Shown here: in pieces, positions 28,961 to 41,977 of the stretch
Layout of the letters: every line of letters begins with the position of its first letter
Position numbering within the stretch: the first letter of the stretch is position 1
Source of the DNA: Eledone cirrhosa
Taxonomy: Eukaryota
Assembly: GCA_964016885.1 (NCBI GenBank)
Contig: OZ024744.1
Span: 32,736,001-32,800,000, forward strand
Direction of reading: 5' to 3'
Length of the DNA: 64,000 bases
Notes under the pieces: generated by a model
The model's database searches: none
The model's input: the letters and a program-made list of their open reading frames with translations, nothing else
What the model was told of the DNA's origin: nothing
Program-made: the position numbers and the translations under genes

Positions 28961-31145
28961 GGACGAGAACAAGGGGGACGAAATAAGTAACTTCAGGCCC
29001 ATAACTCTGCTAAATACAGAGTTACAGATTTTGGCCAAGGTGCTAGCAAAGAGGTTGGCGCTTGTCGTGGGCAACCTGGTGGGAGATGCGCAGACATGCG
29101 CTATCCCGTCCAGGTCCATCCATGACAACCTCCACCTCATGCGATACATCATAGAGAGGGTTGGGAACGAACCCGGCTTTGGTGGGGCTCTGATCAACTT
29201 GGATCAATCTAAGGCGTTCGATAGGGTCGACCATGGTTACCTGGATGCGGTGCTAGCGGCGGCAGGCTTCGGACCCGTTTTCAGGGGCTGGATCACTGCT
29301 ATGCACAGCAGCCGCATCTGCTCTAGGGTCAAGGTGAACGGCTACCTCTCGGAGCCGTTCAAAATCGCGCGGTCCATCCGACAAGGGTGCCCTCTCTCCT
29401 CCCTTCTGTATGTGTTGACTCTCGAGCCACTACTGCGGAAGTTGGAGTTGTTGCAGGGCATCCCTTTGGAACCGGGATTGCGGAAAGCGGTGTCGGCCTA
29501 CGCCGATGACGTGACAGTAATGGTGTCGACGGCCTCCGAAATCGAGGCGGTCGGCACCTTACTGGAGGAGTACGAAAAGTTCACAGGGGCTAAGCTGAAC
29601 CGGGACAAGTCGATCGGTTTGCAACTCGGCACGTGGAGGGGCAGACCGATGCCCTCCGATGGCGTCGTCGGACGCTGGACGGAGGGCCCGGTGAAGTTGC
29701 TCGGGGTCTGGTTCGGACCGGACCTCCAGGTGGAGAAAAACTGGGCGGAGGTTACGAACAGGGTGTTTGCACTAACCCAGAAGTGGGCCAGTTGCAAACT
29801 ATCCCTGAAAGGTCGGGCGGAGGTGGCGAACACCTACATAGCGTCCGTCATCTACTACCGCCTGACCGTAGTGCCCTGCCCAAGGGAAACCCTCACCAAG
29901 ATGGAGCGCGCGCTCTTCCAAGTCCTTTGGAAGAGGCGGGCTCCTATGGTGAGGAGATCCATCTGCTGTCAACACCCTTCGAAAGGGGGGCTGGGGATGC
30001 CGTGGCTAATGATGCGTAAACACGCATTAAGGCTACGGCACCTCTACGTATTCCTCACCGGACAACCGGTGTGGGCCTCGTTTGTGAGACGAACCTTTCC
30101 CAGACTCGTCTCACTCACCGAGCTGCAATCCTGGGTCAAGCAAAGACCGAGAAAACTGGGCGCCTGGCACACTGAGTGTGCCCAGGCACTCACCGCCCTC
30201 TGGCAGGCGGATCCGGTTATCAGTGGAGACTCCACCGCAACATTCTATAGAGGGCTGGTACGCAGCAGGTGCGACGACGCCCTTGGAGAAGCCCTAGACA
30301 TGGAGGAGGACGAACTGGCCGGCCTGTTCGGTAGGACATTCAGCCCGGGACCTATGGACAACTTCCAGAAGTCCCTGGCCTGGCAGTGCTACCGAGGAGC
30401 TTTACCCGTTCGAGAAAGGCTCTACAGACACGGTCGCCCGGGTAGGGACCCCGCCAAAAAGATCTGTCCCAGATGCGTGTGCGACGAGGAAACCGTTGCA
30501 CACGCATTGGTACACTGCTCGGGCGTAGCCGATCTGTGGGGCTATGTCGAACAACTGCTGTCAAGGGTGGGACCGATCCGGTTGACCACCGAGTCTATTG
30601 TAATGATCAAGCCGCCTCCCCCCTTCAAAGATGAAGCAGAGGCGGTGTTTCTGTGCGTAATAGCCATGGCGAAAGAGGTTGTATGGTGGACGCGTCTGAA
30701 AGGACTGAGGTCAGGCACCTTTCTCTCTGGCCAACAACTGGTCCGTTTCTTCCGATATCATTTCGGAAGAAGGATCAGGATGGAGAGAGAGGTGCTGCAC
30801 CCCAGTCGTTTTTATGAAAGGTGGGTGAAAGTGGCGAGAATGGCCCGTGTGAATGGGCCTTCTCTTTACATGAGCCTGTAGGTGGAAAAAAGGAAGGAAC
30901 GAGGGAGCACCCCCTCTCTGTGCTCCTGAGGAAAAGGGTTGCACACTTTTTTCGGGGGTGTGTGCGACCCCCCAAGGCGCCTCCTCTCTATTGAGGATTT
31001 TGTTATAAATTTTATTTTTTGTTATATCTTATTTTATTTTTATATTTTGTTATTGCCTCCTCCTTATTGAGGACGCCTTTTTGTGTAAACTCCCCCCTTT
31101 GTACTTGTCCCACTTTTGATGCCCTAGTGGCAAATAAAAGAAACA

Positions 31146-31146
<1 letters not shown>
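28961..31146 (+). mobile_element. 5'-truncated Tx1/L1-clade LINE
   Basis: RT to C-terminus, then 3' UTR, GCC-hairpin and AATAAA, running into (ATCT)n. Confidence 0.95.
28962..30881 (+). CDS. Tx1-type ORF2 C-terminal part (RT + zf-RVT/CCHC); 5'-truncated but uninterrupted
   Basis: NFRPITLLN, LDQSKAFDRVDH, RQGCPLS, YADD, LLGV, GGLG, CPRC...ETVAH..C. No stop until 30881. Confidence 0.9.
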   Translation, partial: DENKGDEISNFRPITLLNTELQILAKVLAKRLALVVGNLVGDAQTCAIPSRSIHDNLHLMRYIIERVGNEPGFGGALINLDQSKAFDRVDHGYLDAVLAAAGFGPVFRGWITAMHSSRICSRVKVNGYLSEPFKIARSIRQGCPLSSLLYVLTLEPLLRKLELLQGIPLEPGLRKAVSAYADDVTVMVSTASEIEAVGTLLEEYEKFTGAKLNRDKSIGLQLGTWRGRPMPSDGVVGRWTEGPVKLLGVWFGPDLQVEKNWAEVTNRVFALTQKWASCKLSLKGRAEVANTYIASVIYYRLTVVPCPRETLTKMERALFQVLWKRRAPMVRRSICCQHPSKGGLGMPWLMMRKHALRLRHLYVFLTGQPVWASFVRRTFPRLVSLTELQSWVKQRPRKLGAWHTECAQALTALWQADPVISGDSTATFYRGLVRSRCDDALGEALDMEEDELAGLFGRTFSPGPMDNFQKSLAWQCYRGALPVRERLYRHGRPGRDPAKKICPRCVCDEETVAHALVHCSGVADLWGYVEQLLSRVGPIRLTTESIVMIKPPPPFKDEAEAVFLCVIAMAKEVVWWTRLKGLRSGTFLSGQQLVRFFRYHFGRRIRMEREVLHPSRFYERWVKVARMARVNGPSLYMSL

Positions 31147-31210
<64 letters not shown>
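31147..31210. repeat. (ATCT)n spacer
   Basis: Perfect array seen directly. Confidence 0.97.
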
Positions 31211-31211
<1 letters not shown>

Positions 31212-31410
31212 CCAGACGTGTGTAACTTCGCGGACAAGTTTCCGTTAATTTATGTAAGACAAAAACGTGAGTTTTCAGTTAAATTTTATATTATTGTGTA
31301 ACTTGACCCCCCGTCTGGGTCTTCAGGTGTTGGGTCAAACTCAATATTAGTTTGAAAAATGTTTTCCCATCGAATCTTGGAAAAAATATTGTAAGAAGTT
31401 TAATTACGTT

Positions 31411-33318
31411 ATGAACGCTGCGTCCAACGATAATGGTGGTGGAGAGGCGGTAAGACTACAAAGCTCGCAGTCAACAACGTCTTCTTCACAAGATACTATG
31501 GAGATGGAAAGACGAAATGAAAATGTAAAAACAAATTCATATCCAAACAACACAAATGACACCAAACAGTTCAATGACATCAAAAATAACAACACCAATA
31601 ATGATGATAAAAACAACAATGACAACAACAACAAAGAAAAAAATAAAGACAACACCAATAACACCAGCATCAAAGACAACAACAACACCAGCACCAACAC
31701 CAAGGAAAATACGAATAATATCAACATCAGTGACAACAACAATAACAACAACAATAACAACAATAATGACAACAACACCAACACGGATAATTCCACAACG
31801 AAACCAAAAAACTCCTTTGCACAGACAGTTAAAAAACAGGAGGAACTGACATATCTCGACATAACAAATGCCGAACAACTTTTAAAGGACGCTAGGAGAT
31901 ATGTCACTTTCGAAAAAAATGGTGCTTTCAGCATCAATTCTCCGGTAGAAATTCGATAGTTTTTAGGACAGTTTCCAATTCTACCCGAAAACCATTCCAA
32001 TTGTCACAGAAAGAAATTGAACTGGTTTACAAAAATTCAATGAATGATATTGCATTCATTCAAAGAAGCAAACTCTTTGGGAGTATTTCGGTACTCATGA
32101 AGGATCAATTGACGGCCCAAAATTACTCTGTGTCGCCAATTGTATCCAACCTGTATACCTTTTTCCCTACATACATGGGAAAAAGGACACAAAAGATTAA
32201 AATTACGAGTGTCACACCAAAGGTGAACATATGGTGGATACTGTGCGGCTTCATCAATTTTGATGAAGACAGAATACTGTCAGTAGGAAAGTCCCCCAGA
32301 GATGTATTCAATGGGACTAGCGTTGAAGTTCTGTACTCCTGGAGGGACTCACCTACATAAACTTTTCGGTTGAGGATAGGCGGCCCTCATGTTACCATTG
32401 CTTTAGCAGGGTCACCTGAGGGCTTCCTGTCCTAAATTAATGAGTAAAAAAAGGTTCTTCTGCCGACACCGATCAAAAAAACACCACGACCAACACCACC
32501 ACAACAACAACGACCAACACACAAAAATAACAACAAATAACAAACGCAGTCCCACCCAACCCCACTCCACCTAAAACCACTGCAAAATCACATACAGACA
32601 CAACAGCTCCCCAAGACATACCCCTCCTCAATTACGCAGACGATACAACGGATGAGGCTATCTCGCCATCACCCAGTGAAGACGAGGGAGAACTCCATCG
32701 CTCGAAAAGAAAGAAAAGACATCACAAAAGCAAAAAACCAGCAAACACTACCATAAACATACAACCACCAACACAAACAACAAAAACATCACAAACAAAA
32801 CCCCACCTCCCGAAAACAAAATACCTACAACAAAACGAAAGCACACACAAGAACTACAGACAAAAACAAACACAACACAAGAAAATTACACTTACACTTA
32901 CATAAACACTGAAAACAAAACACTAATGGAGACCATCACGAACGAACCTTCGGTTTTCACCGAAGGGAAAACTTTCGCCCACTCTATTAAAAATAACAAA
33001 AAACTGAACCTAAAACTGATTAGGGTCCCTATACAAACTTATAGGTCCCTAAAAGAAACATTTGAAAAGGATGTGGGGAATTCCTGCGTGAAACCACTTA
33101 ACCGCGTCCTTCTCAAATGTCTCCCCAACCCAGACACCCCCATCCAACCAGACCCCACCCCAGCAAACATCTCCGTCCCCACTCCGCCGGAAACCACCAC
33201 CTACCCAGACAAACCTCCAACACCCCCATGGAAATCGTGCAGCCTGGTCCCCAGGAGACGAAGGGTGAGTGATCTCTTTTCCTCTTTTAACTTTTCAGCA
33301 CCAACATGGCCAATATAA
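31411..33318 (+). pseudogene. Tx1 ORF1 (gag-like zinc-knuckle protein), frameshifted
   Basis: Fragments 31411, 32001 and 32926 match ORF1 pieces at 37339-38865 and 62.5-63.9 kb (FGSISVL, YMGKRT, RRP.C..C...H....CP). Confidence 0.8.
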
Positions 33319-36300
33319 GAGTTGGATGTGTGAACGTACGCGGCCTGGGGATGCCCTGGAAACAGGGAAAACTCTTAAACGACCTCAGGTCGCACAGTAT
33401 GGATGTGGTAGCCATTTGCGAGTCCAGGATCCACAGCGAGCGACAGCTGGCCCCCATCTTCGATGACTTTGAGATCTACGCATCTCTCTGTCAACCGGGG
33501 GGTGGGGGCGGAGTTACCGTTTTGCTGCGGAAACACCTGGGCCTCGTAACACAGACGGTACATCTGGACCCGGAGGGTCGACTGGTGGTCCTAGACGTTG
33601 ACGGTAGTGAAGGTGGAGCCTTCAGGCTGGTGGCTGCATATGCCACATCCGGGACACCACGGCCAGACTTCTTCAAACGTCTAGAGACTTTTCTGGGAAC
33701 GTCCCGCTCCTTGCTTTTAGTGGGGGACTGGAATGGAATCCTAGATGCAAGTTGTGACTAAGTGGGAGCATGTCCCGATAAAGGGGGGTGTAACAGCCTC
33801 AAACAGTTAATCGACCGATTTGACCTGGCCGATAGATATCGACTAGATTTTCCGATTGTGCCACTGTGGACGTGGACTAATCATAGCGGAACATCTAGAT
33901 CGTACCTAGATAGGGTTCTAGTTAGAAATAAGGATAGGGACATGTTAAGCTGTCCAAAAATATTCATGGTTGCCTATTCAGATCACAAACTAGTGACCTG
34001 CATGGCCAACCTTGATAGAACCCATAGACAAGGACCCGGCTACTGGAAGCTGAACTTGTCGTTACCGACAAGCAAATCCTACAGTAGACGGATTAGCACT
34101 TTAGTTAAACAACACTTGACAGGGGCCATGCTCAACAACAAATGGTTGTACTCTCTCAAGAGGGCAGTTAGATTAGACTCGTTAGTTTTTAGTAAAGAAT
34201 TAGCGTTAGATAGAAATAGAACCGAGAAGGAACTGGTAGATAAAGTAGAAGAGGCAATTAGAAGTGGCAACGTAGCCAGCGTGCTAGCAACGAGACGGTC
34301 TTGGACCAGTTCTTCGACGCAAAGCACGAGGGCTGCGTTGTCAGAAGCAAAATACGTGCTTTGGGAAACGAGGGAGCCAAAGCTGTTAGCTGGGCCCGAG
34401 TGACGGAGGCAAAAAGTGGCAACAAATCCACGATTCGGTCTTTGAAGGACCAAAACGGACGCGTGAACGTGAGCCGAAGCAGATGTGTGCGGCCTTTCAG
34501 CGGCAATTTGCTCAACTGTTCGGGCAGGGCGGCGCGCCGGGAGGGGCTATGGATTTCGGTCCATACCTTGACGGCCTACCGCGACTCTCGGACAGCGAGG
34601 CAAAGTTCTGCGAAAAGCCGATTTCAGCCGCTGAGATAGGGGACGCGCTGAGCCAATGCGGCAAACGAAAATCTCCAGGTCTCGACTGTCTACCCTACGA
34701 ATTTTACGTAGCAATGCCGGACTTATTCTCCGGTCTCCTGGAAGCGGTCTACTGCAACTGGCAACAGAACGGGAGAATTCCCAGTTCTGTAACGAGGTCA
34801 CACTAGTCAGGAAGGACGAGAATAAGAGGGATGACATAGGCAACTTCCGGCCCATAACTCTGCTAAACACAGACTTACAGATTTTGGCCAAGGTGTTGGC
34901 AAAGAGGCTGGCGCTTGTCGTCGAGTATCTGGTGGGAGAAGCGCAGACATGCGCAATCCCGACCAGGTCCATACACGACAACCTCCACCTCATGCGATAC
35001 ATCATAGAGAGGGTAGGGTGTAAACCCGGCTTCGCTGGGGCCCTGATCAACTTGGATCAGTCTAAGGCTTTCGATAGGGTTGACCATCGTTACCTGGATG
35101 CGGTGCTCGAGGCGGCAGGCTTCGGACCCGTGTTCAGGGGCTGGATAGCTGCAATGCACAACAGCAACATCTGCTCAAGGGTCAAGGTGAACGGATACCT
35201 CTCGGAGCCGTTCCATATTACGCGATCCATTCGACAGGGATGCCCTCTCTCCTCCCTTCTGTACGTACTGACTCTCGAGCCACTACTGCAGAAGCTGGAG
35301 CTATTGCAGGGCATCCCTCTGGAACCGGGACTGCGGAAAGCGGCGTCGGTCTACGCCGACGACGTGACAGTAATGGTGTCGAGCGTCTCGCAAATCGAGG
35401 AAGTCGGCACCTTACTAAAGGAATACGAAAGTTTCACAGGAGCGAAGCTGAACCGGGACAAGTCCATCGGTTTGCAACTCGGATCGTGGAGAGGCAAACC
35501 GATGCCTTCCGATGGCGTCGTCGGACGCTGGACGGAAGGACCCGTAACGCTGCTCGGGGTCTGGTTTGGTCGGGACCTCCAGTTGGAGAAGAACTGGAAC
35601 GAAGTGACGACCAAGGTGTTTGCACTCTCCCAGAAGTGGGCCGAGTGCAAACTATCCTTGAAAGGTCGAGCGGAGGTGGCGAACACTTTTATAGCGTCCG
35701 CCATCTACTACCGCTTGACCGTCGTGCCTTGTCCAGCCAAAACGCTCGCCAAAATGGAGCGCGCGCTCTTCCAATACCTTTGGAAGAGGCGGGATTCTTT
35801 GGTGAGAAGATCCATCTGCTGCCAACACCCTTCTAACGGAGGGCTGGGGATGTCGTGGTTAACGATGCGCAAACACGTGCTCAGGCTGCGGCATCTCTAC
35901 ATATTCCTCACCAGACAACCGGTGTGGGCCCCGTTCGTGAGGCGAGCCCTCCCACGACTCGTCTCGCTGACCGAGCTGCAGTCCTGGGTCAAGCAAAGAC
36001 CGAGGAAAATGGGCGACTGGCACATCGAATGTGCTCAGGCGCTCACAGCCCTCTGGCAGGCGGACCCGGCGATCAGTGGAGACTCCACTTCGTCGTTCTA
36101 TAGAGGGTTGATCCGCAGCAAGTGCGACGACGCGCTCGGTGAAACTGTAGGCGTAGAGGAAGATGAACTGGCCAGTCTGTTCGGTAGGACCTTCCGCCCG
36201 GGACCGATGGACAACTTCCAAAAGTCCCTGGCCTGGCAGTGCTACCGAGGAGCTCTACCAGTTCGAGACAAGCTCTACAGACAGGGGCGCCCGGGCAGGG

Positions 36301-36708
36301 ACCCTGCAAAAAAGATCTGTCCGATGTGCGTGCGAGACGAAGAAACCGTCGCGCACGCATTCATACACTGCCCGGGCGTCACTGACCTGTGGAGCTATGT
36401 AGAATGACTATTGTCGCGTGTGGGACCAATCAGGTTGACCACCGAGTCCATTGTCATGATCAAACCGCCACCCTCCTTCAAAAACGAAGGAGAGGCGGTT
36501 TTCCTTAGTGTGATAGCTATGGCGAAAGAGGTTGTATGGTGGACACCTTCTCTCCGGCCAACAACTGATTCTTTTTTTCAAATACCACTTTGGAAGAAGA
36601 ATCAGGATGGAGAGAGAGGTGCTGTACCCCAGCAAGTTTTATGAAAGGTGGGTGAAAGTGGCGAGAATGGCCCGAGTGAATGGGCCTTCTCTCTATATCA
36701 GCCTGTAG
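33306..36708 (+). pseudogene. Tx1 ORF2 (APE-RT), disrupted
   Basis: ORF pieces 33306, 33762, 34301, 34483, 34656 and 36411 reconstruct APE-linker-RT-zinc finger. Confidence 0.9.
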
Positions 36709-36945
36709 GTTGAGGAAAAGGAGGAGGAGAGGAAAGGAGTACAAGCTCTTCGTACTCCTAGAGATGAAGGTTGCACATTTTTTTTCGGGGGTATGTGTTA
36801 CCCATATAAACTGTCTCCCTCTATTGGGGAAAATCGACTAACTTTTAAATTCCATCTGTGATAACATTTTACACGTTTTTATTGTATGTAAACTTCCCCC
36901 TTTGTATTTGTCCCCTTCTTTTGTGCCCCTGTGGCTAATAAAGAA

Positions 36946-37009
<64 letters not shown>

Positions 37010-37010
37010 C

Positions 37011-37082
<72 letters not shown>
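36946..37082. repeat. (ATCT)n spacer
   Basis: Near-perfect array seen directly. Confidence 0.97.
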
Positions 37083-37083
<1 letters not shown>

Positions 37084-37133
37084 ATGGCTGATTAATGCCT
37101 TTATGGTAAATAAAGAAATATATCTATCTATCT

Positions 37134-38865
37134 GGCTGACGCGTAACATCGCCGGTAACATTTTTTATAAATTTTTATACGAAAAACAGAACAAATTGTT
37201 TGAAAAAACATATTATTTTGTAGATTAACCCCCAAGCTGAATTGTCAGCTGGGTGGTAATTCTATTTTTCGCCCCTTTAGGGGCGAACATTTAATTTAAA
37301 AATTGTTTTAAAATATCAAATTTTGCCAACTATAAAACATGAATAACACGACAAGAACGCTGGTGAACGTCGACAGAGAAAAGAAAGAGAAAGAGGCAGA
37401 TTTTAACGTTATATCTGCATCTGTTACTATGGACGTCGCCATAGATACGACTGTCAACAAAGGGGAAAAAATATTGCCACTTGAAGATTGTACAATTTCT
37501 ACCATCGAAGCGGAGAAAAATGAAAACACAGGAATTAAACCCATTAACATACATACACATGAAAAAAACAACATCAACAACTCCATAGATACATCTACAC
37601 ATAAAGTTTCACCTCGTCAAGGAACTGAAATTTCCAACACCGAGGCTAACTACGATAACAACAACAACAACAGCAACACCACACACAAAAAAAATGTCTT
37701 TCGCTGAAACAGTGAACAAAATACAAGATTTTATAAACCTTGATATCTCCAATGCAAGAGATATGCTCCAGCAAGGGAGAACATTTGTAACTTTCGAAGA
37801 GAAGGGTGGGTTTAGAATTAACTCACTCCTTGAAATAAAAGAAGAGACAGTTCAAAGGACAGTGACCTTTAGGACTGTGTCCAATATTACGAGAAAGCCA
37901 ATATTTGTTACTCAAGGAGATAGAGAAAGAAATTCTAGCAAATATCGACTTTCTCCAATGAGGAAAACAGTACGGAAGTGTTTCCGTACTGTTTAAGAGC
38001 GAGGCACTCGCCCCAAAACATTCTGTGATACCAATAGTATCAAAAGCTTTCACCTTTTTCCCTACATACATCGGGAAAAGGACACAAAAAATAAAAAAAT
38101 AATATATACCACCAAACATTAACATCTGGTGGATCTTAGCTGGCTTCGTAGAGCCAGAAACTGATATGATACTTTCGATACGAAAGTCTATTCAACAAAG
38201 GTGGGCGGGTACTGATTTGGAGATTCTGATGCAAATGAGACCGGAGAGAATCTCCAAAGTACCCCCAAAGAGTCGTCATCGATGATAACAACAAAATAAA
38301 CATTTCGGTAGAAGGACGAACATTTCATTGCTTTCGCTGTGGTAGCACAACACACCTTAAAGCCTCTTGTCCTTCACAAACACACCACAACAACATCATT
38401 AAAAAAAACACTAATACCAACACCAACCCCAAAACAACCACCACCACCACCACAAGTACAACGACAGACGAAACGAGCAACCACAACAAAACAAACAACC
38501 ACTCAACCAACAACAACAGAAACAACAGAGACAACACCCCTGAAGAACACCGCCCCACCCCATCCCACTCCATCAAATACTACCACAAACACACACACCG
38601 AAACACAACCCACACACAACAAACTCCTACCCCACACTCCTGACGATGATTATTCATCGCCGGATGAAGCTGCTTCTCCTTCTTTAAGTGAAGAAGAGGG
38701 AGAGCCGCGGAAATCTAAAAAAACAAAAAAAGGGACACCACAAAACCCCCCAAAACTCCAATCACCAACACCAACACACAACCACAGACACAAACAACAA
38801 CACAAACAACACCAAAGTCAAACATCCCCCTACCAGCAAAACCAACACCAACACCACCCCAAATA
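37134..38865 (+). mobile_element. Tx1 LINE 5' part (5' UTR + disrupted ORF1), 3'-truncated
   Basis: SFAETV...LDISNA...RTFVTFEEKGGFRINS matches ORF1 at 31411; HCFRCGSTTHLKASCP knuckle. Starts directly after (ATCT)n. Confidence 0.85.
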
Positions 38866-39067
38866 CAGAGTGGGATTGGCCCCGTACAAAGTCGTTCCTC
38901 ACTTAAAAAAGCTTCATGCACTGGCATCGCTTGATATGTGACATTTTATTTGCGAGGCATTGTATTGCTGGCCATAGGCAAGTCCATCGCAGGAAAAAAG
39001 CCACGTCTGCGATGATCATGTTTAAGTGTCAAGCGATGGCATTACTCGAAATCGAGTTGCAGACATC
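38866..39067 (+). mobile_element. 3' part of RTE-derived element
   Basis: Homolog of 3795-4000 (reverse complement); followed by (ATGT)n. Confidence 0.6.
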
Positions 39068-39111
39068 ATATATGTATGTATGCATGTATGCATGTATGTA
39101 TGTATGTATGT

Positions 39112-39513
39112 ATGACCCCTTAGCCTTTGTCAAGGCAGAATTCTAGGAGAAGGAAAACTCTGATATAACACCTGCAACCCTGATAGTATCCAATGATGTT
39201 GACTTGTTCTTCTTTTTGGTAAATATCATCTTGGTTAAGAGAGTGGGACTGGCTTTGTGCAGTGCCTTTGCTCACTATAAAAGCTTCACGGCACAGGCAT
39301 TGCTTTGTATCTGGAGATCTCTCTGCCCTTGTCGTCACATGGTACCATGGGCCAAGCACTGTGTGTCAATAATTGTCACAAGTGTAGCATTTGTACCAGA
39401 GTTTTCAAGTCGCTGGCTGGACTAGAAAGTCACACTCGTTCAGCGCATCGGTAGGGGTTCTCCTACATGGATATAAAGTAGTGGCCGTACTCGAAAACGA
39501 GTTGGCAGCCACC
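39112..39513 (+). mobile_element. RTE-derived bipartite non-autonomous element, 5'-truncated copy
   Basis: Near-identical to 40602-41004 and 42181-42580. (ATGT)n on both sides. Confidence 0.8.
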
Positions 39514-39528
39514 ATGTATGTATGCATG

Positions 39529-39562
<34 letters not shown>

Positions 39563-39599
39563 TGTATGTATGTATGTATGTATGTATGTATGTATGTAT

Positions 39600-40230
39600 G
39601 TCGGGTCACTCTTGAGTGCTACTGGTAACATGTAGCCCAGTACAACCTGTCACATGGTCGGGTCATCGGTGACTAACCCCCCCCCCCCCCCAGGGTATTT
39701 GGTGAGGAGGGTGATTTTGGACACTCTGCAGAACAAAAAACAAGACATGACAAAGGGTGGAAGAACTCATAAGACTCAACGACCATCCGAAAATGTATAA
39801 ATATGTATATACACATGTACATATGTATATACACATGTACATATGTATGTATATGTGTATGTGTATATACATGTGTGTATGTGTATGTATATGTGCGAGG
39901 ACATAGAAATAGTCGGGCTGGACATCCGATCGCGCGGTCAAACCACTGGAAGTGAAGGACCCCTACCCTTTGTCAGGTCATTCTTCTAGGAGAAGACAAC
40001 TCAGGAAACTGGGATAACTCCGACATAGAACCTGCGGCTCAGTAGTTACCGATGATGTTGATCTTTTCTTCTTTTCAGGTTATAGCTACTGTCCCTCAGA
40101 GAGTGGGATTGGCTCAGTGCACAGTCTTTCCTCACTTTAAAAAATATCTTCACGTACAGGCATTGCGCGATAGAATTAATTAATGATTATTAATAATGGA
40201 ATATTGTGCAATGGCCATACTCGATAACGA
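39600..40230 (+). mobile_element. RTE-derived non-autonomous element, second subfamily, with internal microsatellite
   Basis: Same 5' start and CTAGGAGAAG block; homolog of 19674-20212. Confidence 0.75.
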
Positions 40231-40396
40231 GGGAGCAGCCATCATCGTCATGTAATGTATGTATGTATGTATGTATGTATGTATGTATGTATGTATGTAT
40301 GTATGTATGTATGTATGTATGTATGTACGTATGTACGTATGTATGTATGTATGTATGTATGTATGTATGTATGTATGTATGTACGTATGTATGTAT

Positions 40397-41004
40397 GTCA
40401 GGTCACCAGTTGGTGCTACTGGTAACATGTACCCCAGTACAACCTGTCTCATGGTCGGGTCGTTGGCGACTCAACTGGCAACCCCACCAAGGTTTCTTGG
40501 TGAGGAGGGTGACTTTGGACATTCTACAGGACTAAAAACATAACATGTCAAAAGGGCAAAGAGCTCTTAAGAGTCAATGGCCATCTAAAATCACCGGGAG
40601 AGATGACCCCTTAGCCTTTGTCAAGGCAGAATTCTAGGAGAAGGAAAACTCTGATATAACACCTGCAACCCTGATGGTATCCAATGATGTTGACTTGTTC
40701 TTCTTTTTGGTAAATATCATCTCGGTTAAGAGAGTGGGACTGGCTTTGTGCATTGCCTTTGCTCACTATAAAAGCTTCACGGCACAGGCATTGCTTTATA
40801 TCTGGAGATCTCTCTGCACTTGTCATCACGTGGTACCATGGGCCCAACACTATGTGTCAATAATTGTCACAAGTGTAGTGATTGTGCCAGAGTTTTCAAG
40901 TCGCTGGCTGGACTAAAAAGTCACAGTCGTTCAGCGCATCGGTAGGGGTTCTCCTACAACGATATAAAGTAGTGGCCGTACTCGAAAACGAGTTGGCAGC
41001 CACC
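40397..41004 (+). mobile_element. RTE-derived bipartite non-autonomous element (~605 bp)
   Basis: RTE-like 5'-UTR block CTAGGAGAAGGAAAACTCTGA; 3' part retains a C2H2-like C..C.RVFKSLAGLK frame. Confidence 0.75.
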
Positions 41005-41312
41005 ATATGTGAATGTATGTTTGTATGCATGCATGTATGTATGGGTGTATGTGTATATGTATCTCTCTCTATGTGTATATCTATGCGTGTGTGTGTGTGT
41101 ATGTATGTTTGTGGGTATGTGTGTGTATGTATCTATATATTTATCTATATATGTAGATATGTATGCATATATATATGTATAAATATATGTGTATATTTAG
41201 TATACTTCTCATTAATATTGTAATGTGTTTGTTTTAAAGAGTTTTAGTTTTTCTTTTGTTTCGTCGAGTCTAAAATTATTAATTTTGTATGTAACTGGCT
41301 CATCCATACAAT

Positions 41313-41457
<145 letters not shown>

Positions 41458-41937
41458 CTATTATTTCTTACAGACATGAAACTAATCTCAAAGTGGGGGA
41501 TCAGTCTCACTAAATAACGTCCGACGCCGTGCCATAGAAGCCGGCGGTAATTTGAGATGTGTTGAGAGGTGTGTAGGTCGGCTATTGACACTAGCTAAGA
41601 CGAGGAACATACCGTTTGATGGTCTCTTGTTATTATAGTACTTCAGTCTATATTGGCGTCGCATGGCACCGTTCATTCCCACCCACGAAAATGAAATTAA
41701 TAATAATAATAATAATAATAATAAAAATAATAATAACGCACAAACAAAGTAAAAAAATAATATCAAATTTTAAACGAAAGAAGAAAAACGAAGACGGATA
41801 TTTAAAACACAAAAGTAAAAAAAAAAAATACATCAGCAAACCGTAAGAAAAAAATTGTAAAACAAAATTCAACTAAAGGGAAAAAGATATGGCAGGTAAA
41901 AATATAGACGAAGAAATGTATACATACGTATAAGGTG

Positions 41938-41974
<37 letters not shown>

Positions 41975-41977
<3 letters not shown>

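Larger units (their letters stand above)
31211..36945 (+). mobile_element. Full-length (~5.7 kb) Tx1/L1-clade LINE, ORF1 + ORF2, disabled
   Basis: 5' UTR; ORF1 from 31411 (Asn-rich N-terminus, CCHC knuckle ~32390); ORF2 from 33306 (APE VGCVNVRGL, VGDWN, YLDRV, SDH; RT YADD). Stops and frameshifts. AATAAA at 36937. Confidence 0.95.
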
